Shown piece by piece: positions 39,374 through 49,048 of a stretch of 64,000 nt of DNA. The stretch's first letter is position 1; the number at the start of each line of letters is the position of its first letter. The notes under the pieces are model-generated. The model was not told the DNA's origin and ran no database searches. It saw nothing but the letters and a program-made list of their open reading frames with translations. The stretch is from Brachybacterium sp. (GTDB taxonomy: Bacteria; Actinomycetota; Actinomycetes; Actinomycetales; Dermabacteraceae), in NCBI RefSeq assembly GCF_052099115.1, contig NZ_JBQDQS010000011.1. One strand, 5' to 3'. The translations under genes were made by a program, and so were the position numbers.

Positions 39374-40459
39374 ATGGCAACAGTCACGTTCGACAACGCA
39401 TCACGCGTCTACCCCGGCACGGAGACCCCGGCCGTCGACAGTCTCGACATCGAGATCGCAGACGGCGAGTTCCTCGTCCTCGTCGGCCCGTCCGGTTGCG
39501 GCAAGTCGACCTCCCTGCGCATGCTCGCCGGTCTCGAGGAGATCGACGCCGGCCGCATCCTGATCGGCGATCGCGACGTCACCGACGTCCCGCCGAAGGA
39601 TCGTGACATCGCGATGGTGTTCCAGAACTACGCGCTGTACCCCCACATGAGCGTCGCCGACAACATGGGCTTCGCCCTGAAGATCGCCGGCAAGCCCAAG
39701 GCCGAGATCCGTAAGCGCGTCGAGGACGCCGCCGAGATCCTGGACCTCTCCGAGTACCTGGACCGCAAGCCCAAGGCGCTCTCCGGCGGTCAGCGTCAGC
39801 GTGTGGCCATGGGCCGCGCCATCGTCCGCTCGCCCCAGGTGTTCCTCATGGACGAGCCGCTGTCGAACCTCGACGCGAAGCTGCGTGTGTCCACCCGCAC
39901 CCAGATCGCCTCGCTGCAGCGTCGCCTCGGCGTCACCACGGTCTACGTCACCCACGACCAGACCGAGGCCATGACGATGGGCGACCGCGTGGCAGTGCTC
40001 GATCGCGGCGTCCTGCAGCAGATCGACTCCCCGCGTCGTATGTACGACCACCCGGACAACGTGTTCGTCGCGGGCTTCATCGGCTCCCCCGCCATGAACC
40101 TCTTCGAGGCACCGCTGACCGACCAGGGCGTCGAGTTCGGCGGCGCCGTGCTCCCCGTGGACCGCTCCACCCTCTCGGAGACCGATCAGAAGACGGTCAC
40201 CGTGGGTGTGCGCCCCGAGGACCTGGAGATCGCCGCGGACAACCAGGGGCTCGCGATCGAGGTCGACCTCGTCGAGGAGCTCGGCGCGGATGCGTTCATC
40301 TACGGTCGTCGTGCCGGAGCCGAGGAGACGGACAAGCCGTTCATCGCCCGGGTCGATGCCCGTCGTCCTCCGAGCAAGGGCGAGACGGTGTACTTCCGCC
40401 CCTCGGCGGAGCACGCCCACCTGTTCGACACCAAGAGCGGTCAGCGTCTCGGCGGCTGA
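39374..40459 (+). CDS. Multiple-sugar ABC transporter ATPase (MsiK/MsmX/SugC type, orphan)
   Basis: GPSGCGKST, MVFQNYALYPHM, LSGGQRQRVAMGRA, DEPLSNLDAKLR, YVTHDQTEAM, TOBE tail. Confidence 0.95.
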   Translation: MATVTFDNASRVYPGTETPAVDSLDIEIADGEFLVLVGPSGCGKSTSLRMLAGLEEIDAGRILIGDRDVTDVPPKDRDIAMVFQNYALYPHMSVADNMGFALKIAGKPKAEIRKRVEDAAEILDLSEYLDRKPKALSGGQRQRVAMGRAIVRSPQVFLMDEPLSNLDAKLRVSTRTQIASLQRRLGVTTVYVTHDQTEAMTMGDRVAVLDRGVLQQIDSPRRMYDHPDNVFVAGFIGSPAMNLFEAPLTDQGVEFGGAVLPVDRSTLSETDQKTVTVGVRPEDLEIAADNQGLAIEVDLVEELGADAFIYGRRAGAEETDKPFIARVDARRPPSKGETVYFRPSAEHAHLFDTKSGQRLGG

Positions 40460-40477
40460 CCACCTCCGCTGCACCGC

Positions 40478-40513
40478 GCGACGGGCGTCCGGCACTCGCC
40501 GGGCGCCCGTCGC
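40478..40513 (+). terminator. Hairpin after the ABC ATPase gene
   Basis: gcgacgggcgtccggc-actc-gccgggcgcccgtcgc (16 bp with one G-U pair). Confidence 0.7.
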
Positions 40514-40531
40514 CGTTCTCCGTCTTCCCGC

Positions 40532-40573
40532 GACAGTGATCGCAAGACCGTGATCGCGAGACCGTGATCGCGA
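40532..40573 (+). repeat. 14-bp intergenic tandem repeat x3
   Basis: gacagtgatcgcaa / gaccgtgatcgcga / gaccgtgatcgcga. Confidence 0.9.
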
Positions 40574-40650
40574 GGTGACCTTCGCGTCGAGATGACGTGA
40601 ATTATCGCCCCGACGGTGCGAACACCCCCGGCTCAGGAGACAATGGCTCC

Positions 40651-41892
40651 ATGGCACCCCTGGAGATCACCGCGTCCCGCGCAGATCCGGCACTGCTGGA
40701 CCTGCCGTGGGAGACGCCGCTCGAGCAGTGGCCCGACGAGATCCTCGCCGCCCTCCCCCGCGGCATCTCCCGCCACGTCGTGCGCTTCGCGCGCGTCTCG
40801 GGACGGGTCCTCGCCATCAAGGAGATCTCTCGCACCCTCGCGCAGCGCGAGTACGACATGCTGCGGGTGCTGGGCCGCCTGGAGATCCCCTCGGTGGAGC
40901 CCTTCGCCGTGGTCTCCGGACGCACCGCGGAATCGGGCGAGGAGCTGGATGCCGTCCTGATCACGCGCCATTTGCAGTTCTCGCTCCCCTACCGGGCCGT
41001 GTTCAGCCAGGTCTCCCGCCCGGACACCGCCCATCGCCTGCTCGACGCGCTCGCGGTGCTGCTGGTGCGCCTGCACCTGGAAGGCTTCTACTGGGGCGAC
41101 GTCTCCCTGTCCAACACGCTCTTCCGCCGCGACGCCGGGGCCTTCGCCGCCTACCTCGTCGACGTCGAGACCGGCTCCCTGCACGAGCAGCTCTCCACCG
41201 GTCAGCGCCACTACGACCTCGACCTGGCGCGCACCAACATCATCGGCGAGCTGATGGATCTGCAGGCCGGGGACATGTTCGACCCCGAGGTGGATCCGGT
41301 CGAGATCGGTGACGACCTGATCTCCCGCTACGAGGAGCTGTGGGAAGCACTCACCTCCCGTGAGCGGTTCTCCGCGGACGAGCGCTGGAGGGTCTCCGCC
41401 CGGATCGAGAAGCTCAACGAGCTGGGATTCGACGTGGGCGAGCTGGAGATCACCACGGACCTCGACGGCACCAGCCTGTCCATCATGCCGAAGGTCGTCG
41501 ACGCAGGGCACCACGCGCGCCGGCTGATGCGGCTGACCGGGATCGACGCCCAGGAGAACCAGGCCCGGCGCCTGCTCAACGACCTCGACCAGTACCGCGC
41601 CGACACCGAGCAGCAGCTCGAGGACGAGGAGTTCGTGGCGCACGAGTGGCTCCAGCAGCAGTACGAGCCGGTGGTGCGGGCAGTCCCCCGCACCATGCGC
41701 TCCAAGCTCGAGCCTCCGGAGTTCTTCCACGAGATCCTCGAGCACAAGTGGTTCCTCTCCGAGCAGGAGGGCCAGGATGTCAGCCTCGACGAGACCGTGC
41801 GCCACTACCTCCTCAACGTCCTCATCCACCGACCGGACGAGAAGTCCCTGGTGACCACCGAGACCTCGGCCCTGCCGATCTTCGACTCCTGA
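40651..41892 (+). CDS. DUF4032-domain protein with kinase-like (Kdo/LPS kinase fold) N-terminal region
   Basis: GISRHVVRF, LAIKE, GFYWGDVSLSNTLF (catalytic-loop-like), YLVDVET, ILEHKWFLSE. Confidence 0.8.
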   Translation: MAPLEITASRADPALLDLPWETPLEQWPDEILAALPRGISRHVVRFARVSGRVLAIKEISRTLAQREYDMLRVLGRLEIPSVEPFAVVSGRTAESGEELDAVLITRHLQFSLPYRAVFSQVSRPDTAHRLLDALAVLLVRLHLEGFYWGDVSLSNTLFRRDAGAFAAYLVDVETGSLHEQLSTGQRHYDLDLARTNIIGELMDLQAGDMFDPEVDPVEIGDDLISRYEELWEALTSRERFSADERWRVSARIEKLNELGFDVGELEITTDLDGTSLSIMPKVVDAGHHARRLMRLTGIDAQENQARRLLNDLDQYRADTEQQLEDEEFVAHEWLQQQYEPVVRAVPRTMRSKLEPPEFFHEILEHKWFLSEQEGQDVSLDETVRHYLLNVLIHRPDEKSLVTTETSALPIFDS

Positions 41893-41935
41893 GTCTCGTC
41901 GACGCTCCGGACTCCCGAGAGGAACCCTCCGCTCC

Positions 41936-42661
41936 ATGACCCGCGTTCCTCGGCCATCGGCCGCCCGCCTGGACAACCTCTCCCTGCGCGACCAACTGCG
42001 CGTGGACCGGCTGCCGTTGCGCGCCCTCCAGATGATGGTGGGGCTGACCGGGTTCGGGTTCTCCCTCGCCCTGCTGCTCGAGTCCGGCCTGGGGGGAGCG
42101 CCATGGGACGTCCTGCACACAGCCCTCGCGGACCGGCTCGGCCTCACCGTCGGGACGCTCAGCGTCAGCGTCAGCTTCGTGGTGCTGCTGCTCTTCCTGC
42201 CGCTGCGCGAGCGGATCGGGATCGGCACCATCGCGAACGCGATCTGGGTGGGCGTGAGCATCGACCTGGGCATGCTGGTGCTGCCCGAGGCGGGCGGGAT
42301 CCCGCTGGGGGTGACGATGATGCTCCTCGCAGTGGTGCTCAACGGGATCAGCGGCGCGGTCTACATCGGCGCCCAGCTCGGGGCGGGTCCCCGCGACGGC
42401 CTGATGACGGGGCTCGGCCGGTTGCTGAACCGGCCCGTCGGCCCGGTGCGCATCGTGCTCGAGGTGATCGTGCTGATCACCGGCACGCTGCTGGGCGGTC
42501 CGCTCGGCGTCGGCACCGTCGTCTATGCGCTCGGTCTCGGGCCGATCATCCAGCTGACCCTGCCGCACGTGACCATCCCCGTACGCACCGTGAACGGCCG
42601 TGCGGTCCCAGCCCCGGCCCGGACCGTGTCGGAGCCGTCGCCGGGCGCACAGCCCCGCTGA
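41936..42661 (+). CDS. YczE/YyaS/YitT-family membrane protein
   Basis: SGLGGAPWDVLH, GIGTIAN, GAGPRDGLMTGL, GVGTVVYALGLGP. Confidence 0.85.
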   Translation: MTRVPRPSAARLDNLSLRDQLRVDRLPLRALQMMVGLTGFGFSLALLLESGLGGAPWDVLHTALADRLGLTVGTLSVSVSFVVLLLFLPLRERIGIGTIANAIWVGVSIDLGMLVLPEAGGIPLGVTMMLLAVVLNGISGAVYIGAQLGAGPRDGLMTGLGRLLNRPVGPVRIVLEVIVLITGTLLGGPLGVGTVVYALGLGPIIQLTLPHVTIPVRTVNGRAVPAPARTVSEPSPGAQPR

Positions 42662-42703
42662 CCCGCTGCTCTCCTACCGGCTCGTCCCTCGCCAGCACGT
42701 CGA

Positions 42704-43672
42704 TCAGCGAAGCCCCTGGCCTTCGCGGACGCCCGAGATCTCGTAGAGGGCGATCGCGGCGGCCACCGAGGCGTTCAACGACTCGGAGCGCCCACCCATC
42801 GGGATCGACACCACCTGGTCGCTGATCTCGCGGGCCAGACGGGACAGCCCTTTGCCCTCCGCACCGACGACGAGAGCGGTCGGCTGGGTGCCCAGCTGGA
42901 GCCCACGGGTGGTGACGTCACCGTCGGCATCCAGGCCCAGCACGAACACGTCCTGCGCCTTCAGCGAGGTCAGGGTGCGATTGAGGTTGGTGACCTGGGC
43001 AACGCGGACCCGGCCGGCCGCACCGGCGGCGACCTTCCACACGCTCGCGGTCATCGAGACGCTGCGGCGCTCGGGCAGGATCACGCCGTGGGCACCGAAG
43101 GCGTCGGCGGACCGCAGGATCGCGCCCAGATTGCGGGGATCGGTGATGCCGTCCAGGGCCACCAGCAGCGGCGGCTCGAATCGGTCCGCGGCGATGCGCA
43201 GCAGCTCGTCGATCTCCGCGTACTCGTACGGCGGGATCGTCAGTGCCACACCCTGGTGGACGGCGTGGTCGGTCATGCGATCCAGATCAGTGCGGGAGGC
43301 CTCCGCGACCGGCAGGCCGCGAGCGGTGGCCAGGCGCATGATCTCGCGCACGCGCTCGTCGGTGTCCAGGCGCACCATCACGGTCAGCTGGGTCGCGGGC
43401 ACCTCCTCGCGCAGCGCCTCGAGCACGGCGTTGCGACCGGCGACCTGGTCGCTGCCGGGTGCCTTCCGCACCCCCTTGCCGCCTCCCCCGCGCCGCGGAG
43501 CGGTACCGGCGGAGGCCGAGGCACCCTTGTACGCCTTGTGGTTCGGCCGGTCCTCAGCCCTCGGCGTCGGACCCTTCCCTTCGAGCGCGCGGCGACGCAC
43601 ACCGCCGGATCCGACGGTCGCGCCCTTCTTGCCCTTGCGCACCGCACCGCGGCGCGCGCTGTTTCCTGCCAT
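42704..43672 (-). CDS. rlmB: 23S rRNA (Gm2251) 2'-O-methyltransferase RlmB (SpoU family)
   Basis: HQGVAL, LDGITDPRNLGAILRS, VVGAEGKGLSR, ESLNASVAAAIALYE. Confidence 0.93.
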   Translation of the reverse strand: MAGNSARRGAVRKGKKGATVGSGGVRRRALEGKGPTPRAEDRPNHKAYKGASASAGTAPRRGGGGKGVRKAPGSDQVAGRNAVLEALREEVPATQLTVMVRLDTDERVREIMRLATARGLPVAEASRTDLDRMTDHAVHQGVALTIPPYEYAEIDELLRIAADRFEPPLLVALDGITDPRNLGAILRSADAFGAHGVILPERRSVSMTASVWKVAAGAAGRVRVAQVTNLNRTLTSLKAQDVFVLGLDADGDVTTRGLQLGTQPTALVVGAEGKGLSRLAREISDQVVSIPMGGRSESLNASVAAAIALYEISGVREGQGLR

Positions 43673-43693
43673 CGTTCGTCTCCTCAGTCCTGC

Positions 43694-45139
43694 TCAGTCT
43701 CGGGTCTCAAGGGTCCAGCGGGCGCCGTCAGCCCCGTCCTCGATACGGATCCCGGCGTCGCTCAGCGCATCACGCAGCGCATCCGCCCGGGCCCAGTCCT
43801 TCTCCGCGCGTGCCGCCTCCCGTGCGGCCAGCTGCGCGGTGATCAGTGCATCCAGCGCCTCATGCTCGCCGCCGGCGAGGCCGGTGGCCTGCCCCCACTG
43901 CGCACCCAGCGGGTCCAGCCCCAGCACGTCCAGCATCGACCGCAGCCGACCCAGTGCGGCGGCGATCTCCGCCACGTCCGCAGCGCTCCGCCCAGCCAGC
44001 AGGGTGTTCAGCGCGGACTGCTCGCGATGGATGACGGCGAGCGCCTCCGGGACGGCGAGATCGTCGTCCATCGCGGCGGTGAAGTCCGCCGGCAGCTCCA
44101 CCTCGCCCAGGGGTGCGTCGGTGGCGACGAGGGGGTGCGGTCCGAGCCGCTGGGCGGCCCGCACAGCGGTCGCGCGGAAGCGCTCCCAGACGGTCTCCGC
44201 CTCGGCCATCGCCGCCTGGTTGTACTCGACCGTGGCGCGGTAGTGGCCGCTGACCAGGGCGAGTCGTACCGTCGGGGTGGGGTGCTCGGCGAGTGCGCGG
44301 GCAGCGGTGACGAAGTTGTCCAGGCTCTTGCCCATCTTCAGCCCGTCCACGGTGAGCACACCGGAATGCATCCAGCGGCGGGCGAAGCCGTATCCGGCGG
44401 CACGGGACTGCGCCTGCTCGTTCTCGTGGTGCGGGAAGCGCAGGTCCAGTCCCCCGGCATGGATGTCGAAGGTCTCGCCCAGGTACTTGCGGCTCATGGC
44501 GGAGCACTCGAGGTGCCAGCCCGGCCGGCCCCGTCCGAAGGGGGTCTCCCAGGAGGCGGTGTCCGGCTCCGTGGACTTGGCCGCCTTCCACAGCGCGAAG
44601 TCACGAGGGTCCCGCTTGCCGGGCTCCCCCTCCTCCCCCGCGTCCTGCATGTCCTCGAGGGACTGGCGGGTCAGCGCGCCGTAGTCCGCGTGGGAGGCGA
44701 CGTCGAAGTAGACCGAGCCGTTCCCATCCGCGTAGGCATGGCCGCGCTCGATGAGCAGCTGCATCAGCTCGATCATCTCGGGCACGTGCCCGGTGGCACG
44801 CGGCTCGTAGTCCGGCCGACGGTTCCCGATCCGGTCCAGCACGTCCTGGAACTCACGCTCGAAGCGCAACGACCAGGCCCACCACTCGGCTCCCGCCTCA
44901 GCGGACTTCACCAGGATCTTGTCATCGATGTCGGTGACGTTGCGGACATGGGTGACCGCAAGACCGCTGCGCTCGAGCCAGCGCACCAGCACGTCGAAGG
45001 CGAGGAAGGTGCGCAGATGCCCCAGATGAGGGGCACCCTGTGTGGTCGGGCCGCAGACATACAACGACACCGCCCCCTCTCGCGCCGGGTTCAGCGGTGC
45101 GATGGTGCGGGTGGCGGTGTCGTGCAGCTGGAGAGTCAC
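43694..45139 (-). CDS. cysS: Cysteine--tRNA ligase
   Basis: YVCGPT..HLGH, RNVTDIDDK, DFALWK, GRPGWHLECS, GGLDLRFPHHENE, KMGKS. Confidence 0.97.
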   Translation of the reverse strand: MTLQLHDTATRTIAPLNPAREGAVSLYVCGPTTQGAPHLGHLRTFLAFDVLVRWLERSGLAVTHVRNVTDIDDKILVKSAEAGAEWWAWSLRFEREFQDVLDRIGNRRPDYEPRATGHVPEMIELMQLLIERGHAYADGNGSVYFDVASHADYGALTRQSLEDMQDAGEEGEPGKRDPRDFALWKAAKSTEPDTASWETPFGRGRPGWHLECSAMSRKYLGETFDIHAGGLDLRFPHHENEQAQSRAAGYGFARRWMHSGVLTVDGLKMGKSLDNFVTAARALAEHPTPTVRLALVSGHYRATVEYNQAAMAEAETVWERFRATAVRAAQRLGPHPLVATDAPLGEVELPADFTAAMDDDLAVPEALAVIHREQSALNTLLAGRSAADVAEIAAALGRLRSMLDVLGLDPLGAQWGQATGLAGGEHEALDALITAQLAAREAARAEKDWARADALRDALSDAGIRIEDGADGARWTLETRD

Positions 45140-45243
45140 GTGCCCCAGGGTACTGCCAGGCGGCGGCGCCGATGGTCCACGGCGCGCAGCACGAGCATGA
45201 GGTGCCCGATCGCTCAGGTGCTCCGGCGCCCCTCCGGACGCTG

Positions 45244-45726
45244 TCAGTCCGTGCGGGCGCTGACCTGCTTGCCGTAGAGCTCCTCGAAGGTGTCGTCGTA
45301 GGAGACGGCGTTGTGACGTCGCTTGCCCTGGGCCGCCTGGACCGCCGACTGTGCGGTCTCGATCGTGGTCTCGGGGGCCTTGAGCTTCTTCGAGACCAGG
45401 AAGGCGACCAGTCCGAGGATGGCGCTGATCACGACGAAGACGCCCGCGACGATCAGGAAGGATGCCCAGTAGGACAGCCCCAGCGCCTGGAGCCCGGTGG
45501 CCGCCGCGAACAGCAGCATCACCCAGGCCGAGAGCAGGAGGAACAGCAGCACCGCCGCGCAGGCGGCGATGATGCCTGCCTTGATCGCGAGGGCGGTGAT
45601 CTCCTTCTTCGCGATGTCGATCTCGTGGTGGACGACACCGAGGAGCTCGTCGCGGATGGACTGGACGAGCTCGCCGATGGACCGCTGAGTGGGCGGCGTG
45701 CTCGGGTCGTTCGTGGTGTTGATCAT
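45244..45726 (-). CDS. Actinobacterial holin-like membrane protein (DUF1469 / phage_holin_3_6 type)
   Basis: RSIGELV...VHHEIDIAKKEI, two TM helices, APETTIET. Confidence 0.78.
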   Translation of the reverse strand: MINTTNDPSTPPTQRSIGELVQSIRDELLGVVHHEIDIAKKEITALAIKAGIIAACAAVLLFLLLSAWVMLLFAAATGLQALGLSYWASFLIVAGVFVVISAILGLVAFLVSKKLKAPETTIETAQSAVQAAQGKRRHNAVSYDDTFEELYGKQVSARTD

Positions 45727-45787
45727 GGTCGGAGCCTATCGCAGGAGGAAGATCGTTCGCAGGTCGGGTGCGCGGAGTCGTCGACGA

Positions 45788-46927
45788 TCAGTCGACCGAG
45801 ATCCGCTTGCGCTTGGTGCTCTCGGGGCGCGGTCCTGCCGAGGTGGTGCGTCGCACCACGATGGAGGGTGCCACGGCCACGTCACGGGTGGCGCCCTCGT
45901 GTCCGGAGACGCGCTCGACGAGGAACTGCGCGGCGAGTGCGCCGAGGCGGTCGGAGTTGGGATCGACGCTGGTGAGCTGGGAGACCCCGGAGGACGCCAG
46001 CGAGGTATTGCCGTAGCCGGCCACCGAGAGCTCCTCGGGCACGGAGTAGCCGGCATCGCGGGCGGCGGAGAGCACCCCGACCGCGGTGACGTCGTTGGCA
46101 CAGGTCACTGCGGTGGGAACGCGGCTGCCGCGCAGCAGCATCGACCCGGCGGTCTGCCCGACCTGCTCGGTGAAGTCGCCGGGCTCGACCCGCGTCAGAT
46201 CCTCGAGGCCGTGACGTGCCATCGCCGAGCTGAAGGCGTCGGCGCGCTCGCGGGCGACGGCCGCGCCGACCCCGCCGACGTGCGCGATCTCGCGGTGGCC
46301 GAGGCCGACGAGGTGGTCCACCAGGAGGCCCTGGCCGACCTCGTCGTCGATGCGGACGGTGTCGAACTGACCGGTGAAGCTGTGCGAGCAGCCGATGCCG
46401 ACGAAGGGACGACCGGCGGTGGCTTCGAGCACGTGATCCATGTCCGCCAGGTCCGAGATCATCAAGAAGCCGTCCACCCCGAGGCGGACCAGGTCCTCGA
46501 TCGCGTCGGTATCAGCCGCGACCGGGTGCTCGGGGATGCGGCGCCGGGTCGGGACCACCACGGCGGTGCGCCCGGTGGCCGCCAGCTCGATGCGGATGGC
46601 GCGGACCAGGTCGGAGATCCAGGTGTTGCGCATGGTGTTCACCAGCACGGCGACGACACCGCGGTGCTCGGTCTCGCCGCTGAGCTCCTCGAGCGGGAAG
46701 CGGAGCCGCTCGGCGGTCTCCCGCACCCGTCGTGCCAGCTGCGGCTTGATCTCGTCGGCACCGCGCAGGGCGCGCAGCGCGACAGCGCTGGAGATGCCCA
46801 GGGAGTTCGCGACATCGCTCAGGGTGCCGCGATCCTCGCCGGCGGCGGACGACCCTGCATCGGTGGGCGATCCGCCGTCGACGGCGGGATCGAGGGACTC
46901 GTCGGAGGAAGTGGCGTCACTGCTCAT
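45788..46927 (-). CDS. LacI-family transcriptional regulator (divergent HTH, acidic N-terminal extension)
   Basis: TLSDVANSLGIS HTH; HLVGLGHREIAHV, RERADAF, ANDVTAVG, VPEELSVAGY, LTSVD. Confidence 0.88.
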   Translation of the reverse strand: MSSDATSSDESLDPAVDGGSPTDAGSSAAGEDRGTLSDVANSLGISSAVALRALRGADEIKPQLARRVRETAERLRFPLEELSGETEHRGVVAVLVNTMRNTWISDLVRAIRIELAATGRTAVVVPTRRRIPEHPVAADTDAIEDLVRLGVDGFLMISDLADMDHVLEATAGRPFVGIGCSHSFTGQFDTVRIDDEVGQGLLVDHLVGLGHREIAHVGGVGAAVARERADAFSSAMARHGLEDLTRVEPGDFTEQVGQTAGSMLLRGSRVPTAVTCANDVTAVGVLSAARDAGYSVPEELSVAGYGNTSLASSGVSQLTSVDPNSDRLGALAAQFLVERVSGHEGATRDVAVAPSIVVRRTTSAGPRPESTKRKRISVD

Positions 46928-47075
46928 GTCCCCATTGAACCGCATCTGCACGCCGCATCCCGCTCATTGAGCATGGATGTCCGTCACGGATCCGTGCCAT
47001 GTGGGGGATGTCCCCCGCTCCGCCGGAGGGCAGGCCCGGTGGGAGAGGTGCCCACGTGGGGCCTACTGTCATGGC

Positions 47076-48398
47076 ATGAACGACTCCCTCACCGGGTCCG
47101 GGGACCGAGCGCGCCCCCGGCTCTCTCCCTCCTCGATCGCCTCGGTGGCGATCGGCGGGCTGCTGCTGTGCACCTGGTTCTGGATCAGCCTGGCACTGCT
47201 GATCACGGGGATCAGTGCACTGCCGGCCCTGGGCAGCGGTCTGGTGCTGCTGCTGCCCTGGCTGCTGCTGATGCAGCAGATCGTGCGGGTGGAGCGGCGC
47301 CGAGCAGTCGCCATCCATGGCCTGCGGGTGATCCTGCCGACCCAGCGCCGCTCACGTCGTCAGGGGGCCGCGGGCTGGTTGCAGAACCGCTGGTTCGAGC
47401 TCGGGTCCGGTGCGTTCTGGCGCGGAGTCCTGCATCACCACCTGGCGATCCTGGTCACCGGCATCTTCTTCCTCGCCTTCCTGGTGCTGCTGTGGTGCGG
47501 CTGGAAGGGAGCGGAGATCGCTCTCGTCCACGGTCCGGTGGAGCTGGGCTCGTGGGAGCTGTCGCGGGCGGCGCTGGCGGTGCTCGCCTCGGTGTGCGTG
47601 CTGTTGGCCGCGGCGATGCTCGCCCTGGGGTCCCTGGCCGATCGCGGGCTCGCCCGTGTGCTGATCTCCGGCTCCGAGGACGATCTGCGTGAGCAGGTCG
47701 CCGAGCTGGCCGAGCGTCGCCAGGGCGCGGTCGATGCCGCCACGCAGGAGCGCCTGCGGATCGAGCGCGACCTCCACGACGGGGTCCAGCCCCGACTGGT
47801 CAACCTCGCGATGACGCTCGGGGTCGCCCGGAGCGCGATCCGGGCTGATCCCGACCGTGCTGAACGGATGGTCGGTGAGGCGCATGCGGAGGCGAAGGCT
47901 GTGATGACGGACCTGCGCCAGCTGGCCCGCGGCATCCACCCCGCCGTGCTCACCGATCGGGGCCTGGACGCGGCGCTCTCGGCACTCGCCGCCCGTTCGC
48001 AGATACCGGTCGCGCTGGACGTCGACCTGAGCACGGTCACGGGGCCGGCGCTGGATCGGGAGCGGGAGGCCGTGGCGTACTTCGTGGTCGCCGAGGCGCT
48101 GACCAATATCGCCAAGCACGCCGCAGCGGCACGCGCCGAGGTCACCGTCACCCGGAGCCCGGAGCTGCTGCGGGTGCGGATCCGGGACGATGGGCGCGGC
48201 GGTGCACGGGTGCACCGCGACGGGCGCTCCACCGGATTGGCCGGGCTCACCGACCGGGTCCGAGCCACCGGCGGAGCGCTCGAGCTGTCCAGCCCGCCCG
48301 GCGGCGGCACCGACCTCCGTGCGGAGATCCCCCTGACCAGCGGCCCGACCACCACCTGGGCCCCGGCCCGACCCACCACCGAGGAGACTGTCCGATGA
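47076..48398 (+). CDS. Membrane sensor histidine kinase (HisKA_3/NarX-like)
   Basis: Four TM segments; ERLRIERDLHDGVQ, EALTNIAKHA, IRDDGRGGA, GLAGLTDRV. Confidence 0.93.
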   Translation: MNDSLTGSGDRARPRLSPSSIASVAIGGLLLCTWFWISLALLITGISALPALGSGLVLLLPWLLLMQQIVRVERRRAVAIHGLRVILPTQRRSRRQGAAGWLQNRWFELGSGAFWRGVLHHHLAILVTGIFFLAFLVLLWCGWKGAEIALVHGPVELGSWELSRAALAVLASVCVLLAAAMLALGSLADRGLARVLISGSEDDLREQVAELAERRQGAVDAATQERLRIERDLHDGVQPRLVNLAMTLGVARSAIRADPDRAERMVGEAHAEAKAVMTDLRQLARGIHPAVLTDRGLDAALSALAARSQIPVALDVDLSTVTGPALDREREAVAYFVVAEALTNIAKHAAAARAEVTVTRSPELLRVRIRDDGRGGARVHRDGRSTGLAGLTDRVRATGGALELSSPPGGGTDLRAEIPLTSGPTTTWAPARPTTEETVR

Positions 48399-49048
48399 GG
48401 ATCGTGATCGCCGATGACGCCGTGCTGCTGCGCGCCGGGCTCGAGCGGCTGCTGACCGAGGCGGGGCACGAGGTGGTCGCGGCCGTCGGCGACGGCACGG
48501 CTCTGGTCGCGGCCATCTCCCACCACCGCCCGGACCTCGCGGTGGTCGATGTGCGGATGCCGCCGACGTTCACCGACGAGGGCGTGCGGGCCGCGATGCT
48601 GATCCGTCGCCAGGATCCGGAGGTGGCGCTGCTGGTGCTCTCGCAGTACGTCGAGGAGCGCTACGCCTCCGATCTCATCGCCGACTCCCCGCAGGGCCTG
48701 GGCTACGTGCTCAAGGACCGCGTCGCCGACGTCGAGGACTTCCTCGAGGTGGTGGCCGACGTCGGCGACGGCGGCACCTGGCTGGACCCCGAGGTGGTCC
48801 AGCAGATCTTCGTCCGCTCCAGACGCCGCCGCACCCTCGAGGGTCTGACCCCGCGCGAGCGCGAGGTGCTGTCCCTGATGGCCCAGGGACGCTCCAACCA
48901 GGCGATCGCCAGCACCCTGTTCGTCTCCGCCGGCAGCGTCGAGAAGCACATCTCCTCCGTGCTCACCAAGCTCGACCTGCCACGCGTGGACGGGGAGAAC
49001 CGCCGCGTGATGGCGGTGCTGCGCTACCTGGAATCCGAGGAGCGCTGA
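48395..49048 (+). CDS. NarL/LuxR-family response regulator
   Basis: IADDAVLLR, DVRMPP, GYVLKDRV, LTPREREVLSLMAQGRSN. Confidence 0.95.
   Translation: MRIVIADDAVLLRAGLERLLTEAGHEVVAAVGDGTALVAAISHHRPDLAVVDVRMPPTFTDEGVRAAMLIRRQDPEVALLVLSQYVEERYASDLIADSPQGLGYVLKDRVADVEDFLEVVADVGDGGTWLDPEVVQQIFVRSRRRRTLEGLTPREREVLSLMAQGRSNQAIASTLFVSAGSVEKHISSVLTKLDLPRVDGENRRVMAVLRYLESEER

Noticed and set aside
45244-45726. Holin-like gene as a prophage remnant
   Set aside because: This family is commonly chromosomal in Actinobacteria; no endolysin, integrase or structural genes are nearby.
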